64,000 nt of DNA from Octopus sinensis (GCF_006345805.1 NC_043015.1:37944001-38008000), one strand, 5' to 3'. Counted from the first letter of the stretch, positions 1 through 13,389 are shown. The notes: generated from the letters alone by a model not told the origin. A program made the numbers and translations.

Positions 1-34
1 TTCGGTGTACAAAATCTACTCAGAAACGTTGGTC

Positions 35-310
35 GTCTGAGGCTATATTGGAAGACACTTGCCCATGGGGCACGCAGTTGGACTGAACCAGAAACACCGT
101 GTTTGGAAAGCAAGCTACATAGCCACTCTTACTGCTACAATATATATATATACATATTACATACGACAGTCTTTTTTTAGTTTCCGTCTCCCAAATCCAC
201 TCACAAGGCTTTGGTCGTCCCGAGACTATAGTAGAAGACATATTGCCCAACATGCCACCCAGTGGGACTGAACTCGGAAACATTTGTTAGGTAAGCAAGC
301 TAATTCCCAT
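35..310 (-). mobile_element. Two partial copies of the tRNA-type SINE head (family A)
   Basis: Reverse complement of the head seen at 874-1040, 37915-38090 and 60033-60200 (…gtcttctactatagc…ccaaagccttgtgagtggatttgg…ggaaactgaaa). Confidence 0.75.
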
Positions 311-830
311 TCAGAGACACATACTGTTGTTAACCGGACAAGTTCAGTCGAACCCTAATTGTTTGTAATGCAAATGCGTTCATTAATGTGGTCCGGAACT
401 TTCACGGCTGTTTCTTATGAGACGATGCAACCAGCTGGGTATAGGTGGACTGTGCTCAACACACGCACAAACACTCACACGTCCACACCCACGAATATAG
501 ATACATGCAAAGACGCAATCTCGTACCTATTTATGTTTTAAATATGTGACTTTAAAACTGAGACATTCTGAAAAACACGTCCGCACTCATGCACATAGAT
601 ACATGCATATACACAAACTCGTAGCTATTTATGTTTTAAACATGTTGACCTTTAAACCATGACATTCTGTGTCTGTTTGTGCACGCATTTCTGTGAGAAT
701 GATGATCACGAACGGTAAATTTTGGAGTCAATCCGACGGGATGTAGTGGTCTTTAAACGTTCCAGACAAACAAACAAAACAAACTTTCGCATTTCAGTTT
801 TATAAATAGATAAATATATATATATATATT

Positions 831-868
<38 letters not shown>

Positions 869-873
869 CTGCT

Positions 874-1303
874 AGGCGTAGGAGCGGCTTTGTGATAAGT
901 AGCTTGCTTACGAACCACTGTGTTCTGGTTCAGTCCACTGCGTGGAACCTTGGACAAGTGTCTTCAACCTATATCCTCGGGGTGACCCAAGCCTTGTGAA
1001 TAGATTCGTAGACGGAAACTAAATGAAGCCCATCGTGTGTGTATACATATATATATATATATAATACATACATAATATATATATATACATACATACATAT
1101 TATATATATATATACATATACGTTTGTATGGCCTCTTATCCATCGAACAGTGCTTGACAAACGATGCTGCTGTTTTTCACGCACCCGTAACTGAACGGTT
1201 CGGCAAAGAGAATAGGTCCTGGGCTCTATTTCTTTGACTGAAGGCGGTGCTCCAACATGGCCGCAGTCAAATAACTGAAAGTAGCAAAGTGAGTGAAAGA
1301 GTA
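874..1303 (+). mobile_element. SINE family A, near full length (tRNA-like head, central microsatellite, 3' tail GGCGGTGCTCCA(A/G)CATGGCC)
   Basis: Same tripartite layout as the copies at 45560-45940 (-) and 60033-60375 (+). Confidence 0.8.
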
Positions 1304-1394
1304 ATTAGCGAAAACAGTGTATATTCTGTTGTGTCTGGGATAGTCTTTCTCTTTAGTGCCTTATTATTAAATACACATCACCAGTAAAAATCAA

Positions 1395-1800
1395 GGAGTG
1401 ATATTAGTAGAGGCCAGAGCCCATGGAGAACTAGCCCGTAGATTAGAAAAGCTCTGAAAGAGACCAAACTCAACATTAAAATTGTTGAAAAGCCAAGGAA
1501 CTCCGTCAGGTCACAATTATGAAGGACATGCCCGTTTAAGAATACCATATGCACAATTGATAACTGCATGGCATGTAGAATTAGCCCTGGTATTAACTGT
1601 AGAACTCGAAATGTAGTTTACAATATAAGATGCATAGAAGGTGCTTGTAAGGACATGAACAGACATGACATGACATAGAAGAGAAGAGACGTCTAAGAGC
1701 ATTGCGGAACGGATAACATAAATGAACATTTAAGACAACTTGACGACAGAAAACAGTCTTCTATACTCTACCAACATGCCAAGGACCACCATGGAGATAA
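1395..1800 (+). mobile_element. Penelope-like element, decayed GIY-YIG endonuclease region
   Basis: Manual translation GVILVEARAHGELARKIRKALKETKLNIKIVEKP…NCRTRNVVYNIRCIEGAC…NEHLRQLDDRKQSSILYQHAKDHH parallels the PLE ORF at 43510-44244; contains stops. Confidence 0.75.
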
Positions 1801-2734
1801 CTTGGATCAACCTGACATCCGCATCTTATCCAAGCACCCAGCCCCCATCCCTGCTTTTCAATGCTAAACCGATAAAAACAGTCATCAACACTATAAATAA
1901 ACCTGATGAATCTCTACTCTCCTCATCACCCCAAATCCCAACCTCTAGTTCAAACTTTGATCTCTTACTTGACTATTCTCTCTAAAAACCCTTCACAAAT
2001 CCTCAAGCTGACCCTAATATAGACAAACTCTGAAAACCAATCCTAACAGTAAACCCACACCAAAATAAGAAAGACACTTACCTTTGGCCATTGGGATCTA
2101 TAATACAAGGCATGAATGCAAACAACAAGCAAAATATCACCACACATTTGAAAGTCAAGTTTATCTGTGTCGAATCATGATATACACTTGTTTAATAAAT
2201 ACAGTTGTCCTTACATTTACACAGTACATTGCTTCACAAGTCATCAAACTAATCATTCTGATGCGAAATCAATTGTTTTATTTATAAATAGAAACAAATT
2301 AATTATTGAAATTAATATAAGAAATACAATAACGTGTATGTGTTCTCATCATATTTAACATTCGTTTTTCATGTGTCATGGGTTGGACTATTTCACACTA
2401 TCTGAGATGAATTACTACACGTACATCTAATGTCTGTTTTCACATGGTTTCTATGTCTGAGAAAAGTTTTGGGAACACTGACACTAGTAAAATTAAAAAG
2501 TAATTTCAAGGATGAGTGGACTGCTAGTAGTGAGAGAGGTGGCTTCATCCTAACCTGTAGTATGATAGAGAGACAGGCAGAGGTGTGTCGCTGTAGAGAA
2601 AGTACATGGTTACCCTGCATATATGTATGTATGTATATAGGTAGACATCGATTAGAGCGCTTTCTCATTGCTAATATGTTAACATATGCCTGATGTGTGC
2701 TTTAAAAATAAAGTGCTTGCAATGGCACTAATTT

Positions 2735-5700
2735 CTTCAGATGATGAAAATCACGGAGAGGATCATAGCCCAACTAATTAGGAAAAGACTTAATCTAGAT
2801 GAGATGCAATTTGGTTTTGTATCAGGAAGAAACACCAGTCATGATATATTTCTGGTAAGAAACCCCAGGAGAAGTACCTAACAAAGTATAAACTATGTAT
2901 TGACTTTTGTTGGTATCATAATCATTCAGGTAATAACAGATAAATATAAAACAGGCAGACCCTAGCAACTCCTCTATGCTGATTACAGGATTAAAACTAA
3001 ACACACATATATTACAATTTATTACATTACATTCAATTCGCCATATATTATTCATTTATTATCCATCATCTTTCCTTCACATTTCAGGTATACTGAAGAC
3101 CCTTTACTCATTGCTTCAGACTGCGTAAAATATTGATGTGAAAGCAAAACAGTTGTCAGACTTATTTATGACCAAAAAGCGAGTCAGTATGACCAACGTA
3201 CCTGTCCTGCACCTGATTGTGCCATGAGTTGGCCTGTAAACAATCCATGGGAGAGAGTACTGACAAGCCTCATCGATCATCTGCAACAATGACACAGAAT
3301 GTATGCACTGCCACCTACAACAAATACAACCCCTCCTCCAACTACACTACCATTCCAGCCACTGAGGAAAAACGTTGTCGCCTGAGGAAGTAGATGCTAC
3401 AATACTACAGCTCCAGCACATTCAACGTCTGCAACCATCGGCAATTCTCCAAGATGTCTGACCAACCGATCCGCTTAATGCTAAACCAGTCGCCACCATA
3501 CCAGTCCTGGGTCATTGGCAAGAGGAAGTAAAAGTAGGTCTCGACCGGAATGTTCCACTTGGAGTTATCAAGCCTATTCCCATTGGTACATCTGTCAATT
3601 GGTGACAGACAATGGTGGTATGTCCTAACAGGTCTGGAAAACCATATTAAAGGAGCATCGAATGGCGCACAGGCACTTAACACTGCCATATCAGTATGAG
3701 CTGACATTGTACCTTCTTCCACAATTGGGGAGAATCACCGCCATTGCATTTCCCCATGACAACTGCCCGCGCCAAAGTCGGTATTGAGACAATAAAGGGC
3801 CTCGTTACAGACAACACTGACACCAACGGCTTCCTTAACACTGACAGTTTCCAGTGCACAATGCTACAATAAAGAAATACACCTGACTGGGACACACACT
3901 TGTCCCAGCCATGTGCATCTTTGGCAGCCCTATACAATACTTTATTCCCATCCATTCCGGCAAGTACAAGCTACATTCCACATGCCATGAAAATAGACTT
4001 ATTGAAAAGAAGACCTGCGTAACACAACATGAGTGCTACTGAACGGTTGTCAAAACACACATGCTCACTTCTTTCGAACTATGTCCTAATCCAGAGCCAA
4101 GTTTGACCCAATCCTACAAATGGGGGGAAACTGGTGCCATTTAGATGTACGTCATTTCGATCCATAACATGTTGAGAGTGGATGGATCAGGCTGGGTCAC
4201 ACTGTGCAACAAAATTCCTCTGGAAGTATCTACTGCTTCTTCCCATGGCCCACTGCTCATGGTGTCTGGACCACTGCGTTCCCTACGCCAACACCAGTGA
4301 TGAGACTACCTTCTCAACCAACTTTAACAGCACCTCATGCAGCTGCAACACCAATGCCCACTTCCCAACTCCAAAATTACCATGACCAGAAATGCATCTC
4401 ACCGCCTACCCACAGAGCCACCGCCAACTTACCCACCTTTACCACAAGTGGTCATACCCCAAACACCCTTGAAACCCCGCTTTCCAAAAGTGACCCTTGC
4501 CTGATGCAGTTTATCCTCCATCCAGCAATTGTCCTGTTTGTCGCTCTGCCGACTCGCAAAGACTGACACAAAAGCCTGATGCACAACTGACACGTTGCTC
4601 CTTGATCGTCACACCATCAATATTGATTAAGGGTCTCTTGCACTAATTATTATTTTCGTTAATCATTTAATAATATATTATTAGCTTCTTTGCTTCTCTC
4701 AAAGGAATTGGGGGAGGCATAGAGGATGACAACTGAACACTCATATATTATCATTTATTAATTACATTCAATTAGCCATACATTATTAGTTTCATTATCC
4801 AAATATTTCCTTCACGTTTCAGGTATACCGAGGACCTTCTTTTTCATTGCTTCAATCAGTGTACATAAAGTGTTTGTGAAAGCAAAGAGTTTTCACACTT
4901 ATTTACTAATGAGCTTCTTCTTATAGCTAAATCACTACCAGAACTAGAGAACAAATTGTGCGTACGGAAAAGCAAGGTAGAATTGAAAGGTCACAGAATA
5001 ACCTACCAACCCTAACCCAAAGTCTTAGGAAGAGGAAAACAGATAAATCGTAAAGCCCTTCAGGTACATGGCCATCCTCAATATGAAGGAAACAGGTAGG
5101 TAGATGTACTCTGTATAACACATAATAGGTGTAGCAATATCAGAGGAAGGTAAACTGGGAAAATATTTTTTGCATGTGGAAGGTGCACATGTACAGTAAA
5201 CACTAAAAGTGTACAGAAAATGGGCTTCATCAAATACCAGAGGAGTACAATAAAGATTGTTGAGCAACAAAGTCAGTAGCAGAGGTGGATGAACCAAGAG
5301 TGTGGCTGCAAGAATAAAAATAGGCTGAGCAAATTCAGAGAGCTCCTTCCTCTGTTTGGTAACTAAGGGTCTCTCCTTCAGAGTGAAAGCCAGATTTATT
5401 ATACCTGTGCAGACAACTATGCTACATGGCAGAAGAAGTAGACATAAGAAGGCATTGGACAAGGTGGTATGCATGATCTTTGACTGTTGGAACTTATAAA
5501 GGCAATGACTAATGACTGACACCTTTCATGACATGCTGTGCCTTAGAAGACAATATATTGTAATTAATTTCCCATCAATTAATTTTTCACAACCCCTGCC
5601 CACAACACTCATGGAGTGCTTTGATTAAGAAGGGCATCCAGCCATAGAAACAATGACAAATCAAGACTGGAGTCTGCTGCAGACCCTCAGCTTACCAGCC

Positions 5701-5762
5701 CTGATGAAACTGTCCAACCCAAGCCAGCATAGATAATGGACATTAAATGATGATGATGATGA
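2735..5762 (+). mobile_element. Decayed RTE LINE (RT, 3' UTR, (GAT)n tail) split by an LTR element at 2984-4905
   Basis: LDEMQFGFV-like segment at ~2800; CTCTATGCTGAT (LYAD) at 2972-2983 resumes as GAGCTT…CCAGAACTAGAG (ELLLIAKSLPELE) at 4911; RTE-type 3' UTR and (GAT)n end at ~5762. Confidence 0.8.
2984..4905 (+). mobile_element. Internally deleted Gypsy-type LTR retrotransposon with both LTRs (2984-3168, 4720-4905)
   Basis: Diverged ~185-bp direct repeats; purine tract AAAGGAATTGGGGGAGG before the 3' LTR; 5-bp TSD CTGAT/CTAAT; remnants of gag (CPAPDC), RT (GVIKPIPIGTSVNW…MVVC) and integrase (FPHDNC…RNTPDWDTHLSPAMCIFG; RVDGSGWVTL). Confidence 0.8.
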
Positions 5763-6494
5763 GGACAATTCTTTTTGTAAAACTTTTGCATTTTATGCTG
5801 AACATTTAGTTTAAAGTTAATTTTATACATTGAATTTTCATTTCCAGTGAAATCAATTTTAATATTTCAAATTCAAAAATATTTAACAAAATATTATGAG
5901 AAACTGAAGCAAGTACTACTTCTATATTTGTAAAAACAAAAAGAAACAAATAGAGAGAAAATGAGCAAAATTGTGCAAAAGTGAACTAAGAAACAGAATA
6001 CTGTGTAAGGCAAGAGACAACTGTATTTTATGAAAGTACCATATTGCATAAACACAAAAAAAGAAACTATTGCAGAGGGAATTAAACTGAAACAGATAGC
6101 AACATGACACACACAACCATGCTAGTATGGATAAAATGATTAGATATTTCTATCGAGAGAAAATTCAATGACAATCTTATGCAACCAACAATAACCTCAA
6201 ACTTATCAGATTATTGTAGATGAGCAACAACTCAAGAAAACCTGTCAAATTTCTATGTTCTTACAATGAATTAATTGCAAGTATTTAAGTATGTAGACAA
6301 CATAATTTCATGTTTTATATGCATCAATACATGTGTAAAAATAAGTCTCATATCTACGTTCATTTTCCATCCTAGCATGAGTTTGAAAAATATAAGATTT
6401 AATAGTTGGGTAACATTGTCGTAGCTAATGCTAATTTTCTACTAAAGGTTTTCTTTTTCTTTCAAGTGCAGTTCTAACAAATGATACATTTGTA

Positions 6495-7707
6495 CACAAA
6501 CATGACAAAAGTAAATAGATACCCATTAACACATTGTTTTATGGTTATTATAACTTGAAGAGGTTTATATTTTTTATTAATTGACATTTATATGTTTCAG
6601 GTTCTATATGTAACTGTTTAATCATGCCATGTACAAAAGAAGCCTTAAAAATGTCCAATTTACAAAGAGGCCATATGCTGCGCCTATTTCAAGGCTGACT
6701 TAGCCTAAAACCACAGAAAACATTGTGATTCCACTTTCTACAGTAAATAGAGTAATTTTTCAATTCACTAAATGGGAAAGTAGTCCATATCACCTTACCC
6801 AGGTAGACTAAGGCCCTCTGACAGAACACTTTGCTTTCTTAAGAGAAGTGTGTAAGATAATCCTCATTGCAAGGCCTCCAATATAGCAGAATAAGTTGAT
6901 GTCAGTCCCAGAATAGCTGTCAGTTATCTCCGCAAAATTGGCTATTATGGCAGAGCAGCAAGAAAGAAAGAAGACACTGCTTCGACCAGCCAATATCAAA
7001 TGGAGAAAAGATTGGACAAGTGAGATGGTTAGAGAGGTCACTAGCACTTTGGGACACTGTCAAATTCTCTGATGAATCCAGATTTGCTGTATTTTCTGAC
7101 ACTGGTCGAATGTGGGTCTGGAGAATCAGTCACCAATATTTTCACGTGAATATATTGCAGCCAACAATGAAACATGTGATGGTCTGGAGAGCAGTTTGGA
7201 GCAATAGTCAATCAGAAATGGTGGAGTGTGAGGGATACATAAACTCAGATAAATATGTGTCGATATTATAGAAAAATCTTCTTCCTATAACCTCCAGGGG
7301 TAAAATGATTAAATAACACTATTTATGGAAGATAGGGCTTTCTTGCACAACTAAAAGACCCAGGATTGGTTGGAAGAGAATGGCATTAAAAAGCTTCCAT
7401 AGCTAAGCCAATCACCAGATATGAACCCTACTGAACACCTCTGAGACATGATGGATGGGATACTTCCTAAAATGAAAAAGAAAGCATCCTTAAAGCCAGA
7501 TCTTTTGATATTACTGCAAGAAACTTGGCAAGAAAATCATGAAGAGAATATTCATCAGATCAGTAGCATGCCTGCTAGGGTCCTTGCATTCAAAAATGCA
7601 AGGAGCCTGTCTACTAAATATTAGATATTCACATTATAATAATTAATAAATAATTTAAATAAATTTAACAATTATAAGGATGTCTATTTAATTCTGTCAT
7701 GTCTATG
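6495..7707 (+). mobile_element. Tc1-family DNA transposon, decayed, with TIRs
   Basis: DESRFAVFSDTGRMWVWR, HVMVW and QSPDMNPTEHL motifs; imperfect ~30-bp TIRs (CACAAACATGACAAAAGTAAATAGA / TCTATTTAATTCTGTCATGTCTATG) flanked by TA on both sides. Confidence 0.8.
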
Positions 7708-7759
7708 TAGTTTTTGAAGCAAAACACAATGGAAACATTAATATTAAGACCTTTTCAAA

Positions 7760-8510
7760 AATCTCTCTCAAGCATTTCATGCACACTAAGATTTTATTGA
7801 CATTCATTCAAATTCACTCATCCCAACATGAAACAATTTTTTCCATCAAAAACTTAATTTGATCTAGATCCTCTAAGTGTCTCTAATGCATTCATGCCTT
7901 AATTTCAATTTGTTGCCTAGATTTTTCCTCAGGGCCAACTCACCAAACAGAAATTAATGAGAGACCTAATTCCTTTCATCTTGATCACATAAATACTCCC
8001 ACATATTGGTGCTCAAATACAGCATGCTCCACACTAGGAGATTGACAGTTACCCAGTATATGCAAAAATCGAACACACTTGCAGTACTAAACAAGCCATT
8101 ACTATTGCATTTTCTGGCTTCATGTTTCCCAATTATATCCCAAACTTTTTTATCTCTGCAAATGCTTTCATTGAAATCACCAAATATGAAGATTTTATAA
8201 GCAGAAAGAACACTGCGTAGAAGCTTTTTTCATGAAAGATAAAATATTAGTCTTTTTTTTCTCTTCAGAGGAACACATGGTTGGAGGGTAGACACTTACT
8301 AAGGTAACAAATCTCTTGTTTGACAATGGCAATCTCACTGACATCAAGGTAATCACTAAATCCAAAGAGTTCATAATCTTAGATGCCAATATTTCACAAA
8401 CATTCAATGGTCTGTACTCTCTTGCAGTAGCAAGATGACACATAGGCACAGGCTGCAATACTGTGGGACACCTTCCAAGCCAGACATTTCACTAGCCATT
8501 CCACATCCCT
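7760..8510 (-). mobile_element. RTE/BovB-like LINE, AP-endonuclease fragment
   Basis: VRLPLSNKRFVTLVSVYPPTM (ORF 8195-8458), then IFGDFNE…IIGKHEARKCNSNG by manual translation. Confidence 0.7.
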
Positions 8511-9482
8511 TCTTGACATTACTCTAAATTATTTTGATTTTTCAATGAGTATTTTGCACTTTTTGTCAACAGTTACCTATAACATGCATCACATAATTGA
8601 TATGGTGTATACACACACATGCAATAAGCTTCATATAGTTCCCATCAACCACTTTCACTAAAAATGCATTTGTTGATCCCTACCTATAGTCGAAGACTCT
8701 TGCCCAAAATGCCACACAGTAGAACTAGACCCTAAACCATGGCATTGGGAAACAAACATATTTTACATTTGCAAACATATATATCTTATGGAAATTGTTC
8801 AATATACACAGAGAAACAGTGTGTTCAATTTACAAAACAGCTATGGTTAACTAACAGAAAACTTAAATTAACAAAAAAAGTTATGTACTTACATACAGGT
8901 GAAGCTTCGCATGGGGATACTTGTTTTGGTAAAATATACATGTATAAACTGTTGTGGTGAGTGTCATTGGCACCCCTATGGGATTGGAAGAATGGACTAG
9001 CGAAACTCTTATAAAAAAATTAGCATATTGATTGAGACAAAGAGAGTCATTGGGAGTTCATGGAAGTTGTTGACATTGTTCAGAGTTTCTATTTATTAGA
9101 GTATTGTGTTTAGTGGAGTCATCTGAAGTAGGTTGTGTGAAGACAGTTGTGTCTATCCCCGCTTCGTGAAATTTGCATATCCAACATATAGAAGGATATA
9201 AAATAAACAAAAGTTTGCATGTAAACCAATAGGTGTAATCATTCATTTGTTAACCCTGAAAGTAAAAATGAAAAACATCCTAATAGTAGTGAAAGGAAAA
9301 TTTTGGCTTTAATATCAGTTCACTACTCTTTATTTGAAGTGACAAGCAGCCAAGTATTATACACATGGAAACTTTTACATGTCTCAGGAAAGATATAAAT
9401 GCAAGCAATGTGAGACCAACTTTCATTAAAACTACACAAGAAATTCATCAAAATTCATTCACAGATTTTATTCTATTAAACT

Positions 9483-9680
9483 TAAGATGGTGGAGAGGCA
9501 CAATTGTTAGAGTGTTGGCAAAATACCTTCCAATATTTCTACCAGCTCTTTATATTCTAGTTTCAAATCCTGTTGAGGCTAAGTTTGTTTCTCTTCCTTT
9601 CATGGTTGATAAAAAAGTGCAAGTCAAGTAATAAGATCAATTTAATCAATTAACCACTTCCTCTAAAATTTGAGGCATTC
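9483..9680 (+). mobile_element. Decayed SINE family B
   Basis: …ttctagtttcaaatcc…gttgataaaaaagt… head; related pieces at 41170-41300 (-) and 55270-55400 (-). Confidence 0.55.
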
Positions 9681-10245
9681 CCCTGTTTTACAAACATGAC
9701 CAATTAATCAAATGACTTGGGAAAAATAAATCTGCATGTTAGGAAACAGGATAGCTTTCCTGTCATTCAAATATTCGTGAAATTTACAATATACCATAAT
9801 TTCAGCAATTCACATAGTCATATTGTAAGAGAGTTCATCATCATTTCACTAAAGATGCATACACTAATATAGAAACTGATATTGATTAAGAAATCTTAAC
9901 CATAAACAATATTTTTTATGCTATTTCACCAATTAGCAACTAATAAGGCAGAGTTTAAATCCATGCTTCCTTCACCAGTTTATCATATGGCTCTCAATCC
10001 ATTCAAGCCTTTATTGCAAAACAGCTCAGTTTGCTAATTTTTTACAAAGGGCAGTACAGGTGAGAAACATAAAATGGACAAAATGAGTGATGAGTAGCAA
10101 TAAAAAAACATAAGCATCTATCTATTTATCTATATATCTATCGAGCTATCAAGCAGTCTATCTTTCTAGGTGTTTGGTAGTTGGTATGTCTATTCTTCTT
10201 CTGACTATCTATTTCTGTCTATATATTTATCTATGTTACAATCTG

Positions 10246-10312
<67 letters not shown>

Positions 10313-10313
10313 A

Positions 10314-10346
<33 letters not shown>

Positions 10347-10351
10347 AAGAG
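10246..10351. repeat. Compound microsatellite (CT)n-(TA)n-(GA)n
   Basis: Read directly from the sequence. Confidence 0.95.
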
Positions 10352-11212
10352 ATGTACTTGCATAGCGAGTGGCAAGGTAACAGTCAAGTATACAAATTGA
10401 ACTGACACATATTACATAAACATACGTTCGCAAGTACATACACATGTACACACACAGACACGTCTATTTCTCCTAAATACTCACAAGTACATAAGTACAT
10501 ACATACATGTACATATATACATACATACGTACGTACGTACATATATATCATGAACTAACTGTTACTTTCTCAGATGCAGCATGGAATTTTGTCAGTGAAG
10601 AAGTCGCAGTCTCAAAACAACGAAAATATTTTGACAAATTAAATTTAAATATTAAAGTGAATCTAACGGTTTTTGTGTGTTTCTTAAATGGCTTATAAAC
10701 ACCTTCCATGCTGCAATTGTTTTCGTTCCAGTACAGCAAAGTTTACACTTACTAAATCCAAACTCCTGTCAGCTTTCTCTAATTACACCCAAAGGCATAA
10801 ACAAAAACGAACAAAAAATAAGACCCGTGATCTTGACACCAAAATTAAGAAAGGCCATAACAAATTAAAAAATAGACAGATTGTATGCTTCTCGACTGAC
10901 AAATCAGGTAGAATGTCTGTTGACAACTTATCTAATTACATTTCGAACATGCAACCACACATCACAACAATAACAGAAACAACAACACTCGAGTACATTG
11001 AAAACGAAAAGTCCTTAATGGGGATGTGGAGTATCATTCTCCAGTCTGAGAAATGCACAGCGAATACATATATGTCTGTATGTGTGTGTCTATATAAATG
11101 TATATGTGTGTATATATACAACCTTCAACAAGGTAACAGTCATGTATACAACTTGAACTGACACATATTACATAAACATACGTTCACATGTAGATATACA
11201 TGTACACACACA
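10350..11212 (+). mobile_element. Penelope-like element remnant: terminal repeat, RT N-terminal fragment, start of a second terminal repeat
   Basis: 10547-10740 is the reverse complement of 42340-42540; 10373-10455 is repeated at 11127-11212; ORF 10688-11161 contains IVCFSTDKSGRMSVDNLSNYISNM, resembling the PLE RT N-terminal 'xDKxG' motif. Confidence 0.65.
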
Positions 11213-11279
11213 TCATTGTTTAACATCCACTTTCATTGCTGACATGAAATAACTCATGAACACAGCGATAGGTTCTACG

Positions 11280-11389
11280 AAAAGATGCTCCGTTAGGTCG
11301 ACCGGTCTGAACAAGGGGAGATAATAGAAAAAAATTCATTCGTTTATTATCTCCCCTCGTTCAGACGTAAACATGTTGAAGCATCTTTT
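11280..11389. repeat. Hairpin/palindromic element
   Basis: GTCTGAACAAGGGGAGATAATA (11305-11326) pairs with TATTATCTCCCCTCGTTCAGAC (11345-11366), 21/22; outer AAAAGATGCT/AGCATCTTTT. Confidence 0.85.
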
Positions 11390-11419
11390 GGTAGAAGCTA
11401 TCACAGTGTTCATGTAGAC

Positions 11420-12240
11420 TTTGTAGAGTTAATCCATGTAGACTTTGTGGAGTTAAGGCCAAAGACATCAACCACATCATAAGCAATTTTCCAAAAATGT
11501 CATCATGATATTATCTACCGATAAGACATGATGTTGTAGCTAGAACACTGTATAACGAGATCTGTTGGAAGGAAAACCATGAGGACAAAGAAATAAGAAT
11601 CTACAGTATGGTAGGAGCCATAGGCATTCATAATAAAAATGAATTCTGATGGAGTGTCCCACTAAAAACCTCAATAAAATGTAAACACAATAGACTTGAC
11701 ATAATGATTTGAGACAGAGAAAAGAAACTTTGTACAGTTGTGGAAATCAGCTTCCCAGAAGATATTAACATAAAGCTGAAAATCAGTGAAAAAGAAAGTG
11801 GCATGTAAAAAGCACCAACCGATCGTAGCCGCTGCCAGCATGCCCTGGCACGTAAAAAGCACCCACTACACTCACAGAGTGGTTAGCATTAAGAAGGGAA
11901 TCCAACAGTAGATACACTGCCAGATCAGACTGGAGCCTGGTACAGCCTCCTGCCTTCCCAGACTCCAGTCGAACCGTCCAACCCGTGCTAGCACGGAAAA
12001 AGGATGTTAAACGATGATGAGCTATTGAGAAATTGGAAGTTACTCTAATAAGATTACAAGTTCAATTTTATACCTGTAATTACTGGGGCACTGGGAATTG
12101 TAACACACTGCCTAAATACCAATCTTGAGAAATTAGGCTTCTCAAAACCAGAAAGGAAAAAACTGATTAAAAGACTACAGATCCTATCCATCACTGGAAC
12201 TGAAAAACTGTAAAACTTTCCAGAAGTTTATCATATAAAT
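11420..12240 (+). mobile_element. 3' end of a non-LTR retrotransposon with a restriction-like endonuclease (R2/R4/NeSL group), interrupted by an RTE tail at 11798-12020
   Basis: CRLCGVKAKDINHIIS…YYLPIRHDVVA (CCHC knuckle plus RHD), KHNRLDIMI…CTVVEISFPED (decayed PD…E-type nuclease motif), FIPVITGALG after the insert. Confidence 0.75.
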
Positions 12241-12624
12241 ATATATATGAGCATGTCTAGATATTCAAGTATATGCATGAGATTACAAGCATAAAACAAA
12301 ACATGCAAATCTACACATGTATTTACATAGCTACAACAATAATCTGTTGATGTTGTTGAAATTCCAATGAAGGAACCTTGGATCTAGTTAGAAACCAGTT
12401 ATTTCTCTATTGGCAATAAATCTTGAAATAAAACTGAATAATACCATACATAGATACACACAAACACACACATATATAAATATATAGAGAGAGACATATA
12501 TACATGTGTGTGTATGTGTGTGTGTTTAAAATTCCAACCACGCTTTTGTAATGGTCTGCCAGTAAATGACACCATCTGGATATCCTTGTTTACAAACCAC
12601 TGACCACAGGGAAATATGAAATCA

Positions 12625-13389
12625 CTCACACACCCGTCTTCTCTCCAGGGAGTAGAGTCTTAGCAGTTTCAACCTTTCCCAGTAGCTGAACTGTTGCAAA
12701 AAGACGATCTTCTTTGTGAATCTTCTCTGGATTGCTTCAAGGTTCGCTGTTAATTTTACACTGGTGGGTGACCATGGCTGTGAGCAGTAATCCAGGCAGC
12801 TGAGGACGAATGTCCGCCAGAGGACAATCATGGTTTCCTTATCTCTGGTCCTGAATGTTCTTAGGATCCATCCAGCCAGTCGTCTGCACTTTGTCGCTAT
12901 CCTGGTAATGTGTATTTGGAAAGAGGTATCATCAATCATGTCGATATCCAGGTCCCTCACAGACTTAGGCTCTGGGATTGAAATTCCCTGTGGACCGGTG
13001 TATCCTATAAGTTTAATATTCAGTTTTGGATGCTGGTAGCGCAAGGCCTGGATTTTTTCAGCATTAAACTGCATACTATTATCCTCAACCCATCTGTAGA
13101 TTGAGTCCAACTCCTGCTGCAGGTGTGCAACATCGCTGGGGGTTCTGTATTTTCTGCGAGACTTTCGTATCGTCTGCATAGCTTGCCAGAGTGGCTATCC
13201 GCGCATTTGCGGTCATATCAGAGAGGGCCACTATAAAAAGCAGTGGTCCCAAGACAGTTCCCTGTGGAACACCACTCACTATTTGTGTGTTCATAGAGAT
13301 GGCTCCATTAACCACTACTACCTGACTCCTATCTTTCAGGAAGTCACGTAACCACACTCCAAGTTTTCCAACCATGCCGAGGTCACATA

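Noticed and set aside
12365-12415. Hammerhead-like look (…ATGAAGGAACC…AGAAACC)
   Set aside because: Lacks CUGANGA; better explained as the 3' UTR stem-loop of the REL element.
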